DNA of 64,000 bases from Octopus bimaculoides (GCF_001194135.2 NC_068994.1:39179946-39243945), one strand, 5' to 3'. Shown: positions 1 through 13,869, numbered from the stretch's first letter. Notes: generated by a model not told the origin, from the letters alone. Translations and numbers: made by a program.

Positions 1-837
1 AATCCATTCACAAAGCTTTGTTTGACCCAGGGCTATAGCAGAAGATAACTTCAAGGTGCCATGCAGTGGGACTGAAACCAAAACCACGTGGTTGAAATGC
101 AAACTTTTTAAACCATATAGTCACACCTGTGCCTTGCTATGCCTTGGTACACCTGCATCTTGCCACACCTGTATTTCCGACCCATGCAAGGAGGGAAAAG
201 TAGATCGATGTTAAAATGATAATGATGATGATGATGGAATATATGTATCTCTATGTAACAAGTGCTGTTCATTATGCATTTTCTAATATACAGTATACTT
301 ATGTATTCTATAGAACAACAAAATGAATTGTAAATAAATTTTATCAGAAAGCAAGAGGGATAGTAATACTGGAAGGACAGGGAAAATATACAGAAGCAAG
401 AAGAATTTAAGAAATGATTTGAAACAGAGTAACAAACAACTAATGGACTGAAAAACAGATTTATAAAACGATTGATAGGTAGGATGAATTTTAAATGGAA
501 TGGGAAAAATGCAGAATAATTAAGCATTAAAGAAAAATAGTTATTCACTCTTGCTTCACAACAGCATTTTATAAATCTGACATCATGAACCCCTTTGTTA
601 AATCTTTAGGTATGCTAATTAATGCTTCAACATGATACTTTTAGTGCCAAAAAATAATTACCAAAAAATCAATAATATTTCGAAATTGAATTTTTATACA
701 TTTTCAAAATGGTATAACAATCAGGATCACTTATTGATGATTTCCATCTCTCATCATGCTTTTGGCAAATTGCTTATTATTGGCTCCAGTTCTTAAGGGG
801 TTAATCTAATGTCTCATTAAATTGTGAGGAATATCAT

Positions 838-1590
838 CATCATCATCATCATCGTTTAACGTCCGCTTTCCATGCTAGCATGGGTTGGACGATTTGACTG
901 AGGACTGGTGAAACCGGATGGCAACACCAGGCTCCAGTCTGATTTGGCAGAGTTTCTACAGCTGGATGCCCTTCCTAACGCCAACCACTCAGAGAGTGTA
1001 GTGGGTGCTTTTACGTGTCACCCGCACGAAAACGGCCACGCTCGAAATGGTGTCTTTTATGTGCCACCCGCACAAGCCAGTCCAGGGGCACTGGCAACGA
1101 TCTCGCTCGAGAATCCTACAGGAGCCAGTCAGGCGGTACTGGCAACAGCCACGCTCAAAATGGTGCATCTCATGTGCCACCCGCACAAGAACCAGTCCAG
1201 GGGCACNNNNNNNNNNGAGGACTGGTGAAACCGGATGGCAACACCAGGCTCCAGTCTGATTTGGCAGAGTTTCTACAGCTGGATGCCCTTCCTAACGCCA
1301 ACCACTCAGAGAGTGTAGTGGGTGCTTTTACGTGTCACCCGCACGAAAACGGCCACGCTCGAAATGGTGTCTTTTATGTGCCACCCGCACAAGCCAGTCC
1401 AGGGGCACTGGCAACGATCTCGCTCGAGAATCCTACAGGAGCCAGTCAGGCGGTACTGGCAACAGCCACGCTCAAAATGGTGCATCTCATGTGCCACCCG
1501 CACAAGAACCAGTCCAGGGGCACTGGCAACGATCTTACTTGGCTTGCCGGGTCTTCTCACGCACAGCCCATTTCCAAAGGTCTCGGTCCG
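838..1590 (-). mobile_element. RTE-derived element (family B) with a (GAT)n tail and internal ~75-bp subrepeats; 307 bp duplicated across the gap
   Basis: The minus 5' end encodes DRDLW..AVREKTRQAK*. The 3' end reads ..aggaagggcatccagctgtagaaactctgcc..gcatggaaagcggacgttaaacgatgatg. Confidence 0.85.
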
Positions 1591-1969
1591 TAAAATGAAA
1601 AATTATAGCAACATTGTAATCATTTCAAGATTTAGTATGTGAGAATTGATTGATATCTTGAACCTCTGTCAAGCATATTCTTGCACATGACATTAAAAAA
1701 AGGAAGTTATGTTGATGTGTATATGTACACACACACACATATAAATGAGGGGTTACTGAAAAGTTCTTAGTTTTGGGTAAAAGGAAATACAGGAGGATCA
1801 GTTAATTATGATTTTATTCAACATATTCCTCTCTCAGATTCACATGCTTATTGCAGCAGTCCTTCAGTTTTTCTAAGCCCTGTAAAAGGACATGGATGGT
1901 TGGGCTCCCAACCAGGCCTTTCATGATAACCTTAAAATCAGGGACTTTTCAATACCTCCTCATATATAT

Positions 1970-2015
<46 letters not shown>

Positions 2016-2024
2016 TTATATATA

Positions 2025-2700
2025 CAGTGGGGGGAAATAAATATTTGTACATGTCAAAATTCTTTATTTATTTAATTTCTAATGAACATAAATGGGACAT
2101 ACCAATACTATATTTGCATGCACATGCATAAACTAAGAATATACAAAAGAAACAAATAAATTATAGTAACTAATGAATTTATAGACAATTATAAATATTT
2201 AAGGGTGAAAAAAGTATTCGTACAGAATAAATTTAGGAGTTTCTATGCCACAAAATACTGTTAAAATAATTTTTTTTTACTAGAACATTCTCGTTTGTTC
2301 CAATAATCTTATCAGTGGTCATTTTTAAGTGTCAAAACGCTAGCTTCTTCATTCAGCACTGAGACAGCATAAAGTAGTGTCATAATAACGGCGAAAAGTA
2401 AAGAACTCACAAATTCAGTGAAAAACTTAATTATTGAACAGTGGAAAGCAGGTAATAGTTACAGGAAAATATCAGAGACCCTTTGTATTCTATTTTCTAC
2501 CATATCTTCAATTATTCAAAGATATAAAAAATCAGGAACAGTTGAAAACAAAATAAGATCTGGTGCACCATGGGTCTATCAGCTGCTACTAAATTCAAAC
2601 CATGATGAACAGAGGAGATGGCCTTGAAGTCAACGATTTTAAACTAATGGAGACAGCACTTGTATATTGCCTGAGGAAACAAAACTAAATCTCATTACGC
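2025..2700 (+). mobile_element. Tc1-family DNA transposon 5' end: IR/DR terminal repeat plus decayed transposase N-terminus
   Basis: TA|CAGTGGGGGG at 2023-2025, with a similar internal DR at 2203-2224. Frame from ACG 2388: (M>T)AKSKELTNSVKNLIIEQWKAGNSYRKISETL..IIQRYKKSGTVENKIRSGAP (paired-like HTH). Confidence 0.82.
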
Positions 2701-2954
2701 AAACAAATAGTTGCATAATCAAATACCTATATTCCTGTACAAGCGAAACAATTGTAGTGAATAATAAATAAATGTCCAACAATACTCCCTCTTCTTCACT
2801 TCAATTTTATAGTCACATGATGAATGCCCAAATTTAAACTTGAAAGAATATAATAATACTACTGACAGTACTGGGTAATTCTGATGGTGGAAAACCTTTA
2901 TACTGTACTCTATCATGTTCCTAAGAGACTATAACATAACTATATATATTTCAT

Positions 2955-3260
2955 CATCATCATCATCGTCATCGTTTAACGTTTGCTTTCCATGCTGACA
3001 TGGGTTGGACGGTTTGACTGAGGACTGGCAAGCCAGTAGTCTGCACCAGGCTCCAACCTGATGTGGCAAGGATTCTACAGCTGGATGCCATTCTTAACGC
3101 CAACCACTCTGACAGTGTAGTGAGTGCTTTTTACATACCAACGGCATGGGAGCCATTCAAGTGGTACTGGCATCGACCACGTTCAGATGGTGCTTTTCAC
3201 ATGCCACCAGCATGGGAGCCAGTCAGGGGGCACTGGCATCGACTATGTTCAGATGGTTCT
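2955..3260 (-). mobile_element. Family B element, older copy
   Basis: catcatcgtttaacgtttgctttccatgc..ctacagctggatgcc..gtagtgagtgctttt. Confidence 0.8.
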
Positions 3261-3608
3261 TACACTATATAGCTCTTTTCTTAGTATTGAGTACTCTCTT
3301 TTTGCCTTGTTAACAATCAAGTGTCCAGAAAGGGCTTCACAACTTGTAGAGAAAAGCTATACAACTTAGCATGAGTGTCATAATAGTCATTACCATCAGA
3401 ATACAAAAAGCTGGAAGAAATACAGTCCAGCTCTTGATCAGTTCCCATCTCTGAAGGACCAAAAAGTAAAGTTTACCCCAGTGTAATTTGAACTCAGAGT
3501 CAAAGTAAATAACACATGGCATGCTGACTCTCTACATAGATAGATACATACACACATATATACATATATATACATGTATACACAAACATACACATGCATG
3601 CATGTATA

Positions 3609-3658
<50 letters not shown>

Positions 3659-5049
3659 NNNNNNNNNNNNNNNNNNNNNNNNNNNNNNNNNNNNNNNNNN
3701 NNNNNNNNNNNNNNNNNNNNNNNNNNNNNNNNNNNNNNNNNNNNNNNNNNNNNNNNNNNNNNNNNNNNNNNNNNNNNNNNNNNNNNNNNNNNNNNNNNNN
3801 NNNNNNNNNNNNNNNNNNNNNNNNNNNNNNNNNNNNNNNNNNNNNNNNNNNNNNNNNNNNNNNNNNNNNNNNNNNNNNNNNNNNNNNNNNNNNNNNNNNN
3901 NTATATATGTATGTATATATGTATTGAGAGGGCTAAAGTGACCATGGACACTGCCTTTCACTCTTGACTAGCTAATAAGAAAAAGTAATATAAAACTCAA
4001 TAACTAAGAAAGATATTGGTGTTCGAATGTTTACAGCAATTTTACTGCAAGCAGTTAAACACACAATGTGCTTAGATCAGCAGCTTCTGATGTATGGAAA
4101 CTACTCTTTCAGGCTGCACATTGATGAATAAATGATTGTGTAAAAACTGCAATAATAGCTATGACAAAGCTAAGGGTGTTGATCATGATAATACTATGAT
4201 AAATCTACATGTTTGTATTTGCACTGGTGTAAATACAAATAGGAAAAGTAAATAAGACTACTGTTGAAAGAAGTCCTTAGATATATCCTAACAAATAGAA
4301 AATTAATAGTAGATTTGTCAAAATTATACTGCCAACGATGTATAAAATGATATATAGACCATTTGAAAGCTAACGCAATTTTCTTACCGAAATCAAAATA
4401 ATAGCTTTAGCAAACATATTTAAAGACATTAACATTACTTGGATTGTGTTGCAGTAATGTAAATATATGATATTATTGATATGGTATTGAAAGTTGAATG
4501 GTAAATTCTTTTATGACAGTGCAGCAATCAACAGAATGACATTTATCAAACTTAAGAAGAAACCAAATAGTTAGGATATCAGCCTCAAAGCTATAGTTCG
4601 AACCATATCATAAAAATTCTATTGTCTCATTCTTCTTTTAGTCTATGTGGCTTCAAATAAGTCGATTCCTTCTTTAATATAGGCACAAGCATAGTAATGT
4701 GGCCAAGAAGTTCACTTTATAACTACTAGATGCGGGTTCAGTCCCACTGCACAGCATCTTGGGAAAATGTCTTCTGTTGACAAATGCTGTGTAAATGAAT
4801 TTGGTAGATGGAAACTATGTTGAAACCCACTGTGCACGTGTGTATGTGTGTGTGTGTGTGTGTGTGAGTTTTTGTTTTTGTCTCTCACTGCTTAACAACT
4901 GGTATAAGATTATGTACATCCCCATATATTAGTGATTCAGCAAAAATACAAAACAAAGAAGACTAATAATATAAGTATTAAAATCGATTTGATTCACTTA
5001 AAAAGGAAAAAAAAACCAAGGCATGCCCCAGCATGACTACAGCTTTTCT

Positions 5050-5459
5050 GGAGTGGCTGTGTAGTAAGTAGCTTGCTTACCAACCACATAGTTCCGGGTT
5101 CAGTCCCACTGCATGGCACCTTGGGCAAGTGTCTTCTACTATTGCCTCGGGCCAACCAAAGTCTTGTGAGTGAATTTGGGAGACGGAAACTGAAAGAAGC
5201 CCATCGTATATATCTATATATATATGTATGTATGTGTATATGTTTGTGTGTCTGTGTTTGTCTCCCCAACATCGCCTGACAACTGATGGTGGTGTGTTTA
5301 CGTCCCTGTAACTTAGCAGTTCAGCAAAAGAGACCGATAGAACAAGTACTAGGCTTACAAAGAATAAGTCCTGGGGTCGATTTGCTCGCCTAAAGGCGGT
5401 GCTCCAGCATGGCCACAGTCAAATGACTGAAACAAGTAAAAGAGTAAAAGAGTAAAGAG
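5050..5459 (+). mobile_element. tRNA-derived SINE family A, full length
   Basis: Head ggagtggctgtgtagtaag..gggttcagtccc (A/B-box-like), then ggcaccttgggcaagtgtc, an internal microsatellite and an (agtaaaag)n tail. Confidence 0.88.
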
Positions 5460-6809
5460 AGTATATAATAGAAATAGCACCAAAAAGTTCCAGTATGTAG
5501 AAATAATGCATTAAATAGTAGATCGGTATCATTTTATATTTTCTTTTCAAGATGATGAGTGTTGGAGGGGTTCATATTTGTTTTAGTCAATTCCTATTCA
5601 GTTACAGACCTTCTATATGGATCAGGCAAGTATGTCTCACTCATACAATGTTATAGCTTTTGTGGCTGGAAACTCAACATAACACCAACTGAATGTGCTG
5701 GGTGCATTTTATCAAGATATCCATTTCAAACCAAAGACACTATTCTACTATGATTATCATTGAATCTGCTCTTGTATATTAATGAATAGAATCATATTAT
5801 CTTAATAGCTCTAAATCATATTATTATCTCAATAGCTATGTGAACTCTGTATTACAGTCATCAAAATATATTTGCATTTGCATAATTTTCAATAAGCTCA
5901 GATATGGCTGTGTTGTTAAGAAGTTTACTTCATAACCACATGGTTTTTGGATTCAGTCTCACTGTACAGCAAACATTTTTTACCATGGTCTTAGGCTGAT
6001 CAATACCTTGTGACTGAATTTGTGAATTTGGTAGATGGAAACTACAGTAGGCCCAGTATGTATGTGTGTGTTTGTATGTACATATGTAGGTATGTATGCA
6101 TGTATGTATGTATTGTTTAGATGACGAGAATTTAGAAACTTTGAGAGATGTGATATAAACTGTTTTTAATAGTGGAGTTTAAAGATAAATCAATAGATAG
6201 TGTTTTTAAACATTAGAAAAAAATACTTTAGATTGAATAAGTCAAATGCTTCTTTGGGACTTCATGGTAAGAACAAAGCTTCTAAAATGGATGGAAGAAT
6301 TCAAAGGATTGACTTGGTCCAATGGTTGAACATCTATCATGTTTGAGTTCCAATGGCAGGTTTTGGCTTTCTCCATCCTAAGTTCTTTTTAGTCCAATAT
6401 TTAAAAATATTATTATTTGTAGCTTTATATACTTCAAGTTCCACTTTTAAAACATATTATATGTGTGCTGTGTGTGTATTCATGTGTGTGCATGTTTGTA
6501 TGTGTGCATGAACAAATATCTATAACTTTTATACTTTCTGTGTTGACATTGCAAATTGTCAGTCTTTGCTCAAAATAGGTAAGAGCTGGCTAAAAGGGAA
6601 ACCATCCAGCTGAAAAATCCTAACTCAGTATCATTTCCCATCCAAATCATGATAGCATAAAAAAAAAATGATTTTTAATTGAATGAGTGTTCAAATATTC
6701 TACAGTATAATAATCAGATACCAAAAATGTTTTAGGAAATTGCACTATTATTTCCTTGTTCTGATATTGAAATCTTTACTATATTTAGAACTTCAAAATT
6801 TACTTAGGA

Positions 6810-7142
6810 GGCACCTTGGGCAAGTGTCCTCTACTATGAACCCAGGCCTACCAAAGCCCTGTGAGCAGATTTGGTAGCTGGAAACTAAAAGAAGCCTGCC
6901 ATATATATATGTGTGTGTGTGTGTGTTTGTGTGTTTGTGCCTGTGTTTGTACCCCACCATTGCTTGACAACTGGTGTTGGTGTGTTTTTGGCCTGTAACC
7001 TAGCAGTTCAGCAAAAGAAACTGATAGAATAAGTACTTAACCAAAAAAGAATAAAGAAATCCTAGTTCATTTGACTAAAAATTCTTCAAGGAGGTGCTCC
7101 GGTATGGCCATACTCTAATGACTGAAACAAGTAAAAGATAAA
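6810..7142 (+). mobile_element. SINE family A, 5'-truncated. Other partial copies at about 1-128, 4692-4998, 5905-6060, 10958-11115, 16420-16610, 29265-29400, 29760-29985, 33120-33365, 34040-34250, 35750-35940, 44430-44650 and 57710-57830
   Basis: Shared diagnostic blocks: ggcaccttgggcaagtgtc, ggaaactgaaagaagcc, gctccagcatggcc. Confidence 0.8.
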
Positions 7143-7821
7143 CGATAAAAGATTCTAGAAGTTATTGAACTAATTTGGTTAAGTTAGGGTTAGAATCAAT
7201 CAAGGACTCTGAACAAATGATCAATTTTAAAAATCCCTCTAAAACAATTCATATTTTGGTTATTTATCTCATTTTCATTTCCCTATTGAAAACTGGTAAG
7301 AATTCATTTTGATTTTGTATATTTGGGGCAAACTAAATTTTGGTAGGAGTCATTCAGTTCCAGCCTTTTAAATACTGGAAGAATTGAATTCAGCCCTACA
7401 AATGTTAAGTTGCTTTCAGAAGTAGAGGTGGCAAGTGGGGAAATGTGAATCATTTCCCCCCTTTTTAATGCATAGGAGATTTTTAGTAAAGCAGGCTTAT
7501 GAATTCCTCATAGAAACTTGAAGGATTTATTCTGATAGCAATGCAATGATATGTGATTGCAACACTGAATGAATAATGGGTTTTGAAAGACATGAAATAT
7601 GACTTAAGCAAACAGTTGCAAGCCATTAATGACTTAGAGACAATGCTATTCAGAACACAATGAATGGCGAGAATTTAGACCATATATGTGTGTATGTACG
7701 TATTAATATGCATACATACATACATATATATATATACTATTTATAATGTAATATTTACATATATAACATAATATATGAATATGTATATTATTTATATACA
7801 TATATATATGTATATCATGAT

Positions 7822-7879
<58 letters not shown>

Positions 7880-7968
7880 NNNNNNNNNNNNNNNNNNNNN
7901 NNNNNNNNNNNNNNNNNNNNNNNNNNNNNNNNNNNNNNNNNNNNNNNNNNNNNNNNNNNNNNCATGAT

Positions 7969-8022
<54 letters not shown>

Positions 8023-9504
8023 CATACATACATACATACATACATACATACACATATATATACATACACACATACACATATGTGAATACATATTTGAATG
8101 CGTGTGCCTGAGCAAATGTTTATAAGAAGCTTAAATTAGATAACAACAACGTGCAAAACCTTGGAAATGTTAGGTCTCACAGAAAATACTGTACAAAATG
8201 CAAAAATTGCATGGGGAGAAGTGCTAAGTTGATTTCTTTAACTAACTTATGTCAAGAGGGAAACCTGAGATGTAAAATGAAAATATTGTGAATGAAATTG
8301 ATAAAAAGATAAAAGAGAATGAATGACAGTCACAACAGAAATTTTATATATCATTACTGATTTATTATTTCAGCATTATGTGTATCGAATGATATTCTAC
8401 TTCAATGTCTTTTAATAGAATAGACTGTGCTGATGTAAGGAAACTTTTATACACACACACACACACACCCACACACACACATTCTCAATTATTACAAATA
8501 ATTATAGTCAAGCTAACAAGCAAGGCCACTACATAGTCATTTGACTTTTGAGAAATAGCAACCAAATCTCCCTCCAGTCAAGATATAGTGTTTCAGAAAG
8601 AAAAGAAAAAAAAGGAAAAAAACACATTGGATAATAATGGTTTCAAAAATTTTGGCACAAGGCCAGCAATTTTAATGGAAGAGGCAAATTGATTGCATTG
8701 ACCTCAGTGTTCAACTGGTATTTATTTTATCAACCTCCAAATGGATAAAAGGTGAAGTTGCCCTTAGCAGAATTTGAACTCGGAATGTAATGAGTCGGGC
8801 AAAATATTCCAAAGCATCTTTTCTAGTGATCTAACAGTTGTGCCAGCTTGTTGCTTTGCCATATTTAATGATATTCCTAGATGTCCTATGTCCAAATAAA
8901 AGATAGGATGGTCATGACTGGAAAGAATGGTCAATTTGAACAGGATTGGTCTTGAAGTTAAACAAAATCGGTAACAACAACCGATAATTCCAAGTCACAG
9001 CATTTATGGCACCAGTTCCAAATATCCATATTTTATCTATGTTAGTGTTGTTAAACACTGTTCAAGAAAACAGTGTTAATTTCAATGAAGGAAAGCAAAA
9101 TATTTTACACACAATAGACATGCTAATGACCATTTCTACATAATAAATGATCATTATTAATATTCATGATGCACAGTTGTTTTAAACTGTCGAAGTATTT
9201 GTAAGTTGCCAATAACAGAGAATATTGAGTGATGAAGATATATGAACAGAATTGCTAATGTGTGCTTGAATGATGAAGAGTAACAACTACATGACATTAA
9301 AGAAACTAATACATTATTGGCATGAAGAATTCATGGAATCTTTGTAGTAACACATTATTTCAGAGAACTAAGTACAGAAATATTGAAAAAAACAAAAAAC
9401 AAAAAAACAAAAAAAAAATTAAATAAAATATTGAAAAGAAAAATAAATGACTAAACAGTCTATTAGTCAATTGGTAGATTAATTTGTCAGTTTCTGTGCA
9501 GGTT

Positions 9505-9683
9505 TGGCTGTATATTTAAGAAGTTTATTTGTTGATCAAATGGTTTCAGGTTCAGTCCCATTACACTTCACCTTGGGCAGGGATCTTATGCTATTGCCCT
9601 GCTCTGAGCCAACCAAGGTGTTGTGAGTGAATTTGGTTGAAGGAAACTGAAAAAGGCCCATCAGATATGTTTATATGTATGTA

Positions 9684-9714
<31 letters not shown>

Positions 9715-10015
9715 GTACATATGTATGCGTGTACATATGTATGTGTTTATGCTTGTGTGTATATATGTGTTTATGTTTTGTGTCTCCTTGTCTTGACATC
9801 TCATGTTTGTCATAAATGAGTGTCACTGTCATACAAGTAGTGTCATTCATTTTCAATACTGTGCAAGAACATGTTTGTCCATGGTAAAATATTACCCCAT
9901 TTGGAAGCAACTGAAGGTTAGCAATAGAAAGGGCAACTGGTTGTAGAAAAATCTGCCTCAATAAATTCCATCTGACCCATGCAGGCAAGGAAAAAACAGA
10001 TATTAAATGATGATG
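9505..10015 (+). mobile_element. SINE with a family A head and an RTE-type (GAT)n tail
   Basis: The A head (9505-9660) is followed by a different body ending tagaaagggcaactggttgtagaaaaatctgcc..gacccatgc..ttaaatgatgatg. Confidence 0.7.
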
Positions 10016-13000
10016 ATGGTGGTGGTGGTGGTGGTGGTGGTGGTGGTTATATGCTGGTTATAATGTAAGCAGCTGTAAATATTATCGAATATAGTTTGAA
10101 GTGTTTTTATTTTATTTTTATATCTGTCCAGCAATTATTAGTTTCCAAAATAGTTTTGGAAATAATGGATAGAAATGCATACAGATTTCAATGTTGAGCA
10201 TTCCCTAAGATATCTTGAAGAAATCAGGAAATAAGTAGTGCAAATAATGACTTCAGTATTTCAACTGTTTATCCATTCTTTGCATCACAGATTAAAAATA
10301 CCTTTTAGCTATATCTTCAATTAATTCAACTGTATAGAAGTGCATATAAATGAAAGTTTTGCAGTCTGTGATTTCTCTTGGTACCAACTAATAATGATTA
10401 GAGAGAGGGGTGGGGGAGAAAGACGTGCCAGTAAAGAAAGCCTGTATGCAGTCACTTGTAGTATTAGAAATAGCAGTCAAATTTCTTTCCTCTCACACTT
10501 GTACATCTTAAAGAATGAAGGCTACATTGGATAATGATGTAATTACAAATACAACAGCCAGAAAAAATGTAGAGGATAATCATGGGTTGCCTTGAAAAAT
10601 GAAAGGACACATCAGAAAATGTCATCACTGTTGTAAGAAAAGAAAATTTTTTAAATTTGGGATGGCCATGGCTAGAATGCATTTGATTACATAGCTACTG
10701 GTTCAAAGTTGATTTGGATCTAAAAAAAAATAGACAAAGAGAGGAAGAAAGAGAGTAAAAGAATTAAAAGTTCCAAGTTATTTATGATGAGCAATATACT
10801 AATATACTATGATGCTATCAGTGATATAATTATGAAAATAACTGTTTCAAAGATGGCCTCTATGGATATATATTTTTAGAAATGTTCCCAAAAGTCAAGG
10901 ATACCAGTCTTTTTGCTTTGGCTAAACTAAGAATAAAGTTAATTCTGGAATATATGAGTAGCTGTGTGGTCAGAAGCTTGCTTCTCAACCACATGGTTCT
11001 AGGTTCAAATCCACTGTGTGGCACCTTGGACAGGTGTATTCTACTATAGCTTCGGACCAACCAGAGCATTGTCAGTGGATTTAGTGGACAGAAACTGAAA
11101 GAAACCCGTCTTATCACTTCAGAAACATATCTGCTCTCAAGTGGTGTCCTCTATCTGTCTTTTCTACCTTTACTAAAATAGTTATTTCAAATGTTGGCAC
11201 AAGACCAGCAGTTCTAGTGAGAGGATGTTTGTCAATGACATCTACTCCAGGACTTCAGTGGTTCTTTATTATACCATCTCCAAAAGGATGAAAGGTAAAT
11301 TTGACCTTAGTATAATTTGAACTCAGAATGTAAACACACTGAAGAAAATTCCACCAAGCAGTTTGTGTGACTCACAATTCTGCCAGCTCACTACGTTTAC
11401 CATTACTAAAATAATAATAATAGTCTTTGCATTGTAGTATACATTCTGGCCCTTTGAGCTTTGAGTTCAAATTCTGCTCATGTCAACTTGATCTTTTTGG
11501 TGTCATACCTTTAAATTCTTCTTTTCTCTGTTTTTCTAGAATAAAATACAGTGTTCAGATCTGAAGAAGGATTGGTTCTGCCAAATGCCCAACAGATGCT
11601 ATATTACCCCCACTCCCACCCTCATCAAGTGTCAGGGCTCAAAGAAGGAAGGAAAATAATAACTGCTCCTTTGAATATGCAAACTGTAATTTACTGTCTT
11701 GTTCTTTCCTTTAATTCCTACTATATTCCAACCACTAGGCTCCTGCACCAAACATTTTTCCTAATTCTCCTTCCACAGAAATGTACCTATTATTCTAGCC
11801 ATCTTTTTCCTTCAGCTACTAATCTCTAGAATTCCATTTCAAATTCGTTTTTATTTCTTACATTGAGTTATACTTATTCCTTCATCTGGAAACATTTAAA
11901 AGGTTTTGGATTCAGCTTGTCTGAGAAAAAAAATAAACAAGTTAGTTAATACGTAGTTGTCGAGGGTACCAGAGATATTAAACAAGTCTCCTTCAAATCA
12001 CACTTCATGGTCTTAAAAAAGAGTAAGATGTGCTTTAGATAATGTAACCCTTAAATACTTCCTCAAGAAAGCAGGATAGTCATGGGTGGAATGCCTTTGA
12101 TTATAGGCCTGTCTGCTTGATCAGATTTGACCTACAAGAAGCTGTAGCAACAAAAGCAAATGGCTTTGGTCTAGTATGGTGTGATATCAGATATATAATT
12201 ATGTATAAAAGTAGCATTTATCAACTCAAATAACCATATAGATATATTAATGCTAATGTAAAGAGAAAACCTTTTATAATGTGTAAACAGGAAAGTCGGA
12301 ATGTGTTAGTTATAAATATTATCATAGTGAAAATGTAAATATGTAATAAATCAATAGCACATTGGCAAGAGTCGTATGAAAAAAAAAATATATATATATA
12401 TGATAAATAAGTTAACATCAAATGGATTTTTGTGGCATTGCACATAACTGTATTATCAAATGCTAGTGGAAAAATGAATTGATTTAAATGGTGATAGTTG
12501 TAATTTGGCACTTCTATCTAATTATAGCAAAAATAGTCACTTGCTCTTGTTGGTGCCCTCATAAACAAGTCATATTGCCTCAAACCATCACTTTATTTAT
12601 TCATGCACATATTTATGCACGCATGGGATAAGCATTAACTATATTCCATTTTCTGATCCCTTTTCACCATCCCCTATTTTTTCCCTCTCCCTATCAAGGT
12701 TGCAGGATTATTGAGCAGATCGTATGTTCTTTGATTAATGTTGATTAATGGTCTCTTTTAGGGTCTTTATTCAATAGCCATTGCAACAGACTTAATGCAC
12801 CTTAATGCAACGATAAGTAACATAGCTGCTATGGCTTTTTTCTTTTTGGCAGAAAGATTAAAGACAGAATACACAGTTATTTGGACGGACATTTGCATGT
12901 TACTGCCATGAGAAAACAGCGCATTCTACTTTGCTTTTGTCCATGTAACTTAGAACATCAATTTTAGTATAATGTATAAATGAAACCATCATAACACACA

Positions 13001-13399
13001 TGCAATTTCAGTTTTACTCATTTTATTCCATATTTACTTTTGTACATCTCAACAACAAACAATCATAAAATAGCCACATTTTTGCACAACTTGAAGAATA
13101 TTTAGTCTTCTGTGGTGAATATGTATATTTTTTTTTTTCAGTTTTATAATTGATTTGCAAGTGACATGTGAATTCATGTGTTGAAATAGATTTTGTTGCA
13201 TCTCAAGAAGTTCATTATGTCAATAATAAGCAAACACACTGGTTCTTTTTCACATTTTCTTATGATCATCGTTATTAGTCAATGAATAAACCATTTAGCC
13301 AGTTAACTATTCGATTGTTTGATTAATCAGTCAATCAATTAGTCTGGTTTGTCAAAGTCATTCCATCACCATTCACAACATCATCTTCTGAAACCTTAA

Positions 13400-13618
13400 C
13401 TCTTTAGCATTCAAATCAGCCATATCCAGCCAAATTATTCAATGTTTTATGTTCAAACTGGCCAGATATAGCTTTTCACACCTACCCTACAATGTTGTTC
13501 TAAAAAATAAATGCTCACATCATCAAAATCTCAAAGCTACAAGATAATGCATGACTAATTCAGATGCATGTGAATAAATAAACAATATATTTGATAGAAA
13601 AATCTGAATACTAAAGGG
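13400..13618. mobile_element. piggyBac-like MITE, copy 1
   Basis: TTAA|ctctttagcattca ... tgaatactaaaggg|TTAC. Confidence 0.75.
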
Positions 13619-13869
13619 TTACTCGTTATACAAGTATAGCTAAAACTCAAGAAAAAATTATAGAAACCGTTTAGTTAATCATTATTCATTTATTCTTTTG
13701 CTAATTTCAGTCATTAGATTGTGTATCCATTTAAGGTGGGCATGGATGTCAAGTGTTTTAGTTAAGTATATCAATATATTTTATTGATCTCTTTTGAATG
13801 GTTAAATTTATCTTTTGAGTTATAGACCTATTAGAAAGTTTCTTCCTTTTAGTGATGTAATGACTTTAA

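Noticed and set aside
108-548. 146-aa minus-strand ORF
   Set aside because: F/I/S-biased antisense reading of purine-rich DNA plus a repeat tail; no domain.
900-1523. Apparent 307-bp tandem duplication and the overlapping ORFs at 908-1642
   Set aside because: Identical sequence on both sides of a 10-N gap indicates an unmerged contig overlap. The ORFs are readings of an RTE 3' UTR.
3500-3967. ORFs spanning N-runs and (TA)n (also 7703-8125, 16505-16943, 24190-24567, 44822-45659)
   Set aside because: Open only because of Ns and microsatellites.
8200-8300. Strong minus-strand acceptor (..cattttacatctcag|G, exon start 8264)
   Set aside because: All three frames stop within 7 codons and no donor or homology supports it. 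Pyrimidine tracts are common here.
10016-10047. (GGT)n possible G-quadruplex (also 55455-55522)
   Set aside because: Simple triplet repeats derived from retroposon tails, with no context suggesting function.
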